Of a stretch of 42,518 nucleotides of DNA, positions 37,145-42,518 are shown piece after piece. A program made the translations under genes and the position numbers. How positions within the stretch are numbered: position 1 is the stretch's first letter; the number at the start of each line of letters is the position of its first letter. A model generated the notes under the pieces. It had not been told where the DNA came from. It saw only the letters and a list, made by a program, of their open reading frames with translations, and did no database searches. The stretch covers positions 1 to 42,518 of the IMG/VR virus record IMGVR_UViG_3300022178_000008. One strand, given 5' to 3'. Origin of the DNA: a virus. Taxonomy: Duplodnaviria; Caudoviricetes.

Positions 37145-37585
37145 ATGACTGTCAAAGGTTATCGGTACCGTGTCGGAAATGACAACCACCCTTTTAATGA
37201 GCTATATCGCAGTAAGGGATTTGAGGCTGTCTATGAGGCGATGGGCTTAATTAACTCAAAGAGTAAAGCACACAGTATTCGCAAGACAGTTCTCGCGCTC
37301 TATGACCGCACTAAAGAAGGGTATGTATACTTAATTGGTAACCCCGCTTGGGATGGTTGGTTGAAGTGCGGGATGGCAGTAGATGCTGATGATCGGTGTA
37401 AATCCTATAACACAGGGTCACCCTACCGAGACTATCTCGTACATTTTAAAGCGTTCACCCAGAACAGACACGCCGCTGAGAAGCTGGCGCATACTGCACT
37501 TAAAACGGTGTCCAATAAAAGCAATGGTGAGTGGTTCAAGGTCGATCCAAAGACCGCCGCTCATTTGCTTAAATCTATCCTCTAA
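37145..37585 (+). CDS. T5orf172/GIY-YIG-like nuclease domain protein (start uncertain)
   Basis: GYVYLIGNPAW.GWLKCG.A.....R...YNTGSP.RDY...E...H......GEWF. Confidence 0.8.
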   Translation: MTVKGYRYRVGNDNHPFNELYRSKGFEAVYEAMGLINSKSKAHSIRKTVLALYDRTKEGYVYLIGNPAWDGWLKCGMAVDADDRCKSYNTGSPYRDYLVHFKAFTQNRHAAEKLAHTALKTVSNKSNGEWFKVDPKTAAHLLKSIL

Positions 37586-37597
37586 GGTAATAAGTAC

Positions 37598-38272
37598 ATG
37601 GTCGTAAGTGATATTGAGGTAGCACTCACCGACTCTATGGGAGGAGACCTGAGTGTGGTGAATGCCGCACGGGTCTCTTTTTTAAAAGAGTCCTGCTACG
37701 AATTAGACGAAAACAATGAGATGTCTCTGCCACATGGGGACAGAAAACTTGTTGCCTTTCTCGCCCGTGAAAACCATTTCACACCCTTCTGTCATGGCTT
37801 TGCCAGCTTTCGCATCAAAGCTCCAATCTTTGTTGCCAGACAATTGGGAAAACATCAGGTTGGGCTTGCATGGAACGAGGTCTCTCGCCGCTATGTTAAT
37901 AGTGAGCCAGAGTTCTTCTTCCCTGATTATTGGCGCAAAGCCGCAGAGAATGTAAAGCAAGGCTCTTCAATCGAAGAGGCAACCGACTTTAACGAGAAAG
38001 ATGCACGGGCTGTATGCCTTGCGGCGATGGGCTTGTACAACACCATGCTTAACAAGGGCGTGTGCGCTGAACAGGCACGAATGGTTCTTCCCCAAAACAT
38101 GATGACTGAGTGGGTCTGGAGTGGAAGCCTGATGGCTTTTGCACGGGTTTGTAAACTCAGACTAGATCCACACACACAAAAAGAAACACGCGATGTTGCC
38201 TTGTATATCGATAAGGCAATGAGAGGCGAGTTTCCTATTTCTTGGAAGGCTTTAAATGCAACTACTAATTGA
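37598..38272 (+). CDS. thyX: Flavin-dependent thymidylate synthase
   Basis: VVNAARVS, H.TPF, PIFVARQ..KH, NEVSRRY, EQARMVLP, R...H.Q.E. Confidence 0.95.
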   Translation: MVVSDIEVALTDSMGGDLSVVNAARVSFLKESCYELDENNEMSLPHGDRKLVAFLARENHFTPFCHGFASFRIKAPIFVARQLGKHQVGLAWNEVSRRYVNSEPEFFFPDYWRKAAENVKQGSSIEEATDFNEKDARAVCLAAMGLYNTMLNKGVCAEQARMVLPQNMMTEWVWSGSLMAFARVCKLRLDPHTQKETRDVALYIDKAMRGEFPISWKALNATTN

Positions 38273-38993
38273 TGGTGACATACTCGCTTATAAAGCCTCT
38301 GCCGCCTGTGAGACACCCATCAACATCTATGAAGATACCTATGCGTACTTTGCAGATGTTGGGGAAGCATTAGCAATGTGTAAGGATGAGGTAAACCGAC
38401 TGTGTACTCAGACAATGATCGGGGACGTTGTAATTGCATTTTCAGATGCGCAGGTAAACTTTCGTAAGAAGCTAAACCCTACGTACAAAGCAAACCGTTC
38501 AGGCACACGTAAGCCGCTTATTTACAAGCCCTTACGTGAGGCAATTGAAGAAACCTACCCAACTGTCTGTTACCCAACACTAGAGGCTGACGATACTATG
38601 GGCATCCTAGGTTCCAACCCGCTCATGCAATATGTGCTAGTATCGATTGATAAGGATATGCGCACTATCCCCTGCAAGTTGGTGGTTGATGGCACTATCA
38701 TCGACATCAGTAAGGCGGAGGCAAACCGCAACTTCCTTATCCAAGCGCTAACTGGTGATACCACAGACAACTACAAAGGCTGTGTTGGCATCGGGGCAGT
38801 TAAGGCAAAAGCCGCTTTAGCAAAATTCAACATGATTTCTGACATTGAGCAAGCATGGGAAGCTGTTGTCGCTTTGTTTTTAAAGGCGGGACAGACGGTA
38901 GATGAGGCGCTTTTACAGGCACGTATGGCACGGATCCTACGCCACGGGGAGTATGACTTAACGACAGGAGAAATCAGCTTATGGAAGATGTAA
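38256..38993 (+). CDS. 5'-3' exonuclease, gp6-like
   Basis: LLIDGDILAY, NFRK...P.YKANR, LEADD, DKD, GDTTDNY.G..GIG. Confidence 0.95.
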   Translation: MQLLIDGDILAYKASAACETPINIYEDTYAYFADVGEALAMCKDEVNRLCTQTMIGDVVIAFSDAQVNFRKKLNPTYKANRSGTRKPLIYKPLREAIEETYPTVCYPTLEADDTMGILGSNPLMQYVLVSIDKDMRTIPCKLVVDGTIIDISKAEANRNFLIQALTGDTTDNYKGCVGIGAVKAKAALAKFNMISDIEQAWEAVVALFLKAGQTVDEALLQARMARILRHGEYDLTTGEISLWKM

Positions 38994-39220
38994 TAAACAC
39001 CCCTACGCATTACACACAGGGCAGTATTGAACCTATCGACTTTATCACAGGTAACAAGATGTGCTTCCTTTCTGGTAACATCGTAAAATATGTCACCAGA
39101 CATAAGTACAAGGGTAAGGCTTTAGAAGATCTTGAAAAGGCTGAGTTTTATCTAAAGCGCCTTATCAAAGAAACACGGATGAGTCTTCTGCGCGACAGCA
39201 GTCAGGAGCTAGGGAAGTGA
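38981..39220 (+). CDS. DUF3310 / gp1.7-like protein
   Basis: P.HY..G.IEPIDFI, F..GN.VKY..R...K....EDL.KA..YL. Confidence 0.88.
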   Translation: MEDVINTPTHYTQGSIEPIDFITGNKMCFLSGNIVKYVTRHKYKGKALEDLEKAEFYLKRLIKETRMSLLRDSSQELGK

Positions 39221-39260
39221 TTGAGCATAATTTTTTAGACCAAGCAGAGGAAGCAACATT

Positions 39261-39596
39261 TTGATTTCAGAAATAGATATAAGAGACTTTGGGGTATACG
39301 AGCAAATGGCGGCAAAGACCGCTGTTTACCCAAAGGAACGAGCAATGGAGTATCTCAGCACAGGTATGGCGGCTGAGGTGGGAGAGTTCTGCGGTAAAGT
39401 TGCCAAGACTTTCCGAAAAGATAAAGACCTCGACAAAGAGGCGGCGGCTCAGGAGCTGGGGGATGTTATGTGGTTTGTGGCGCTAACGTGCCGTGAGCTT
39501 GGCTACACAATGCAACAGGTAGCCACCATGAATATTATCAAACTACATGACCGAAAGGAACGTGGAGTTCTCAAAGGCGATGGGGACTACCGTTAA
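39261..39596 (+). CDS. mazG: MazG-like nucleotide pyrophosphohydrolase
   Basis: G...EVGE....K..R, ELGDVMW, N..KL..R..RGVLKGDGD.R. Confidence 0.9.
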   Translation: MISEIDIRDFGVYEQMAAKTAVYPKERAMEYLSTGMAAEVGEFCGKVAKTFRKDKDLDKEAAAQELGDVMWFVALTCRELGYTMQQVATMNIIKLHDRKERGVLKGDGDYR

Positions 39597-39599
39597 AAT

Positions 39600-41345
39600 A
39601 TGAAACATCTAGGACTCGACATTAACCTGAGCCGCGACAGCCTTCTCAGCGACCAAGCATCCACCCTTCTCAAGGGCTACTATATGCTTAGCACCGAAAC
39701 GTCTCCACAAGAGGCATACGCACGAGCGGCAGTAGCTTTCAGCGACAACAACAAAGAGTTGGCTCAGCGAATATATGACTATGCATCAAAGCAATGGTTT
39801 ATGTTCTCATCACCCATCTTATCAAATGCCCCACTCCCTAATGAGAAAACCCGTGGGCTACCCATTAGCTGTTTTCTTACATTTGTTCCTGACACTCTAG
39901 AGGGACTTATTGATCACACTACAGAATTGCGGTGGCTGTCTGTAAAAGGTGGGGGTGTAGGAGGGCATTGGAGCGCTGTGCGGTCAACAAGTGCCGTTGC
40001 TCCCAGCCCCATCCCCTTTCTCAAGACTGTGGATGCAGACATGACTGCGTACCGCCAAGGAACCACCCGCAAAGGATCCTACGCGGCGTACCTCGATATC
40101 AGCCATCCAGACATTATTGAATTCTTAAACATCCGAGTACCGACAGGTGGGGATGCAAACAGAAAGTGTTTTAATCTACACAACGCAATCAACATTACTG
40201 ATACGTTTATGAAAGCCGTTGAAAACGGTACGTCTTGGGATCTTATAGATCCAAACGACAAGACCATTCGTGAGACTGTCAACGCACGAGAGTTGTGGAC
40301 ACGCATCTTAGAGGTACGCTTTCGCACAGGTGAGCCGTATCTGAATTTTATTGATACAGCTAACGCCGCCTTACCCCAGACCCAAAAGGACTTAGGGTTA
40401 AGGATCAACGGGAGTAATCTATGCAATGAGATACACCTCGCCACGGATGAGTTTCGCACCGCAGTATGTTGTCTGTCCTCTGTAAACTTAGAGTTCTATG
40501 ATGATTGGAAAGACACCACAATGGTAGAGGATCTTGTGGAGTTTCTAGATAACGTTCTGACGTTCTTTATCGAAAACGCCCCCATGTCCCTTAAACGTGC
40601 GATCTACAGTGCCAAGATGGAGAGATCCATAGGACTGGGTGCTATGGGGTTTCATAGCTATCTTCAAAAGCAGATGCTCCCTTGGGAGTCGCCCTTAGCT
40701 GTATCTGCTAATCGTCAAATTTTTAAAAGGATCAAAGATGCCGCGATTAAAGCAAGCCTACGTTTGGGTAAAGAACGTGGTGAGGCAAGCGATATGGTGG
40801 GTACTGGAATGCGTAATGCTCACCTCCTTGCTATTGCTCCTAATGCTAATAGCAGTATTATTGCTGGCTGTTCTCCTAGTATCGAGCCTTGGAAGAGTAA
40901 TGCTTACACCCATCGCACTCGTGCAGGAGCGCATCTGGTCAAGAACAAGCATCTCGAAGCCCTCCTCGTTGAACATGGTTTGGACGATCCTGAAACGTGG
41001 CGTTCAATAATACTGAACCAAGGATCCATCCAGCACCTAACAGAGTTGTCTGATTGGGAGCGGGACGTATTCAAAACAGCTTTTGAATTAGATCAGGGGT
41101 GGGTTGTGGATCAAGCGGGTCATCGCCAATCCTTTATATGTCAGGGACAGAGCGTCAATCTCTTCTTCCCAGAAGGAAGTGACAAAGCGTATGTAAATAG
41201 CGTTCATCTTAGAGCCTATAAAGCAGGTCTAAAGGGGTTGTATTATCTCCGCACAAGTGCGGGTGTTGTAGCTGAGAAGGTTTCTCAAAAGGTCTCGCGC
41301 AACGCGCTTAGGGACGCTGAGGACTGCTTAGCCTGTCATGGATAA
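39600..41345 (+). CDS. nrdA: Ribonucleotide reductase class Ia alpha subunit (compact, no ATP cone evident)
   Basis: PISCFL, GGGVG, SNLCNEI, AIAPNANSS, KGLYYLR, C-terminal CLACHG. Confidence 0.96.
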   Translation: MKHLGLDINLSRDSLLSDQASTLLKGYYMLSTETSPQEAYARAAVAFSDNNKELAQRIYDYASKQWFMFSSPILSNAPLPNEKTRGLPISCFLTFVPDTLEGLIDHTTELRWLSVKGGGVGGHWSAVRSTSAVAPSPIPFLKTVDADMTAYRQGTTRKGSYAAYLDISHPDIIEFLNIRVPTGGDANRKCFNLHNAINITDTFMKAVENGTSWDLIDPNDKTIRETVNARELWTRILEVRFRTGEPYLNFIDTANAALPQTQKDLGLRINGSNLCNEIHLATDEFRTAVCCLSSVNLEFYDDWKDTTMVEDLVEFLDNVLTFFIENAPMSLKRAIYSAKMERSIGLGAMGFHSYLQKQMLPWESPLAVSANRQIFKRIKDAAIKASLRLGKERGEASDMVGTGMRNAHLLAIAPNANSSIIAGCSPSIEPWKSNAYTHRTRAGAHLVKNKHLEALLVEHGLDDPETWRSIILNQGSIQHLTELSDWERDVFKTAFELDQGWVVDQAGHRQSFICQGQSVNLFFPEGSDKAYVNSVHLRAYKAGLKGLYYLRTSAGVVAEKVSQKVSRNALRDAEDCLACHG

Positions 41346-41348
41346 CCT

Positions 41349-41615
41349 ATGCTACCAAAACAGTTTGCGTTAGCTGGCTGTACGTGGAGGGTAGTGGAGG
41401 TTGTGGATATGGAGGACTTAGGTTGTACCAATCCACAAACCTTCACTATCACCCTGCGTAAATCACTAAACACACAAGCAAAAGAGCAAACTTTTTGCCA
41501 TGAGCTAGTCCACGCCATCAAATTTACGATGGGGCAGACGGAGCATAGTGAGCAAGAAGTGGATGCCTTTGGGCATCTTTTATATCAATTCCTGAAACAG
41601 AAAGGTAGCAAATGA
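41349..41615 (+). CDS. Small HExxH metallopeptidase-like protein
   Basis: G.T......I.L......E.TFCHELVHA...E..V; tightly coupled between nrdA and nrdB. Confidence 0.7.
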   Translation: MLPKQFALAGCTWRVVEVVDMEDLGCTNPQTFTITLRKSLNTQAKEQTFCHELVHAIKFTMGQTEHSEQEVDAFGHLLYQFLKQKGSK

Positions 41616-42518
41616 GCCTTCTTGCACCATCAATGACCTACAAGCCCTTCAAATATGCATGGGCTGTAGAGTCAGCAGTACAACATGAAAAAATCCATTG
41701 GGGAGAATGGGAAGCCAAGCTCCAAGAAGACGTAACACAATGGAAGAATGGTGACTTATCCACCAGCGAAAAGAAACACATTACCTCGATTTTGCGGCTG
41801 TTTACACAGTCAGATGTTGCGGTAGGTAGCAACTACATCAACTTATTCCTCCCAAAATTCCACAACAACGAGATCCGCGCAATGCTTACCTCGTTTGTTA
41901 ATCGAGAGTTTGTACACCAACGCGCCTACTCACTCCTAAACGACACCCTTGGGCTTCCTGAAGAGGAGTATGGGGCATTCCTTGATTATGATGAGATGCG
42001 TGAAAAAATTGAATTCATGCAGAACGGGGACACCTCGACATTGACTGGTTTGGCTAAAGCGTTAGCACAGTCGGCGTGTAACGAGGGGATGAGCCTTTTC
42101 TCAGCGTTTGTGATGCTTCTAAACTACCAACGGTTTGGGAAGATGCGTGGAATGTGTGAGATCGTTGAGTGGTCGATCCGTGATGAAACAATGCACGTCC
42201 AAGGAATGACCCAATTATTCCGCCAATTTTGTGAAGAACACCCAAGGATCATTACAGATGAATTTAAAAAAGACATTTACCAAATGTTTAGAGACGCTGT
42301 TTCTCTTGAGGATAAGGTTATTGATTTGGCGTATCAACTTGACGGTACGATTGAAGGTCTGGAAAAAAGCGATGTCAAAATATACATTCGGTATTTAGCA
42401 GACCGCCGCCTGACCCAGCTTGGGCTGAAGCCAAATTGGGAAGTACCAGAGAACCCCCTGCCTTGGCTGGATTGGTTAATTTCTGGAGACAGTTTCAAAA
42501 ACTTCTTTGAAGGCACAG
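41612..42518 (+). CDS. nrdB: Ribonucleotide reductase class Ia beta subunit, 5' part (about 318 aa in total across the join)
   Basis: ATGA overlap at 41612; YKPFKYAWA, FTQSDV, REFVH..AY, NEGMSLFSAF, WSIRDETMH di-iron motifs; missing from the ORF track because it runs off the edge. Confidence 0.95.
   Translation, partial: MSLLAPSMTYKPFKYAWAVESAVQHEKIHWGEWEAKLQEDVTQWKNGDLSTSEKKHITSILRLFTQSDVAVGSNYINLFLPKFHNNEIRAMLTSFVNREFVHQRAYSLLNDTLGLPEEEYGAFLDYDEMREKIEFMQNGDTSTLTGLAKALAQSACNEGMSLFSAFVMLLNYQRFGKMRGMCEIVEWSIRDETMHVQGMTQLFRQFCEEHPRIITDEFKKDIYQMFRDAVSLEDKVIDLAYQLDGTIEGLEKSDVKIYIRYLADRRLTQLGLKPNWEVPENPLPWLDWLISGDSFKNFFEGT

Noticed and set aside
42392-42518. 127-bp terminal direct repeat as the biological phage terminal repeat
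   Set aside because: It falls in the middle of nrdB and matches a typical assembler k-mer overlap; the real ends are more likely near 23.2-23.5 kb

Overview
This window is a complete, circularly permuted genome of a T7-like podovirus (Autographiviridae-type). The unit length is about 42,391 bp: the last 127 nt duplicate the first 127 nt, and the join falls inside nrdB. All credible genes are on the + strand. Read from the probable physical ends (non-coding repeat arrays at about 23.0-23.9 kb), the order is as follows. (1) Early genes of mostly unknown function. (2) A lysogeny module: MarR-like regulator, tyrosine integrase, complete tRNA-Leu(TAA) and probable attP. (3) Single-subunit RNA polymerase. 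(4) Replication genes: SSB, endonuclease I, amidase, primase-helicase, family A DNA polymerase, exonuclease. (5) Nucleotide metabolism: ThyX, DUF3310, MazG, NrdAB. (6) Virion genes: portal, scaffold, capsid, tail tubes, gp13-16 and a tail-fibre adaptor, followed by two RCC1-repeat proteins. (7) Holin(s), HNH nuclease and terminase. The most notable signals are these. A lysis/lysogeny control circuit can be read from the DNA: TACG-N4-CGTA palindromes, a duplicated phage-promoter-like motif, arm-type repeats, and a second anticodon-loop copy beside an intact tRNA. Four Met-Cys-initiated small or ejection-type proteins occur alongside a GNAT-like gp13. A very basic, H1-like gene is inserted between portal and scaffold. 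An acidic repeat early protein could be a DNA mimic. The capsid gene has a structured leader, and several restriction-type sites appear to be avoided. All product calls come from motif recognition and synteny by eye; no database searches were run and the host cannot be determined.
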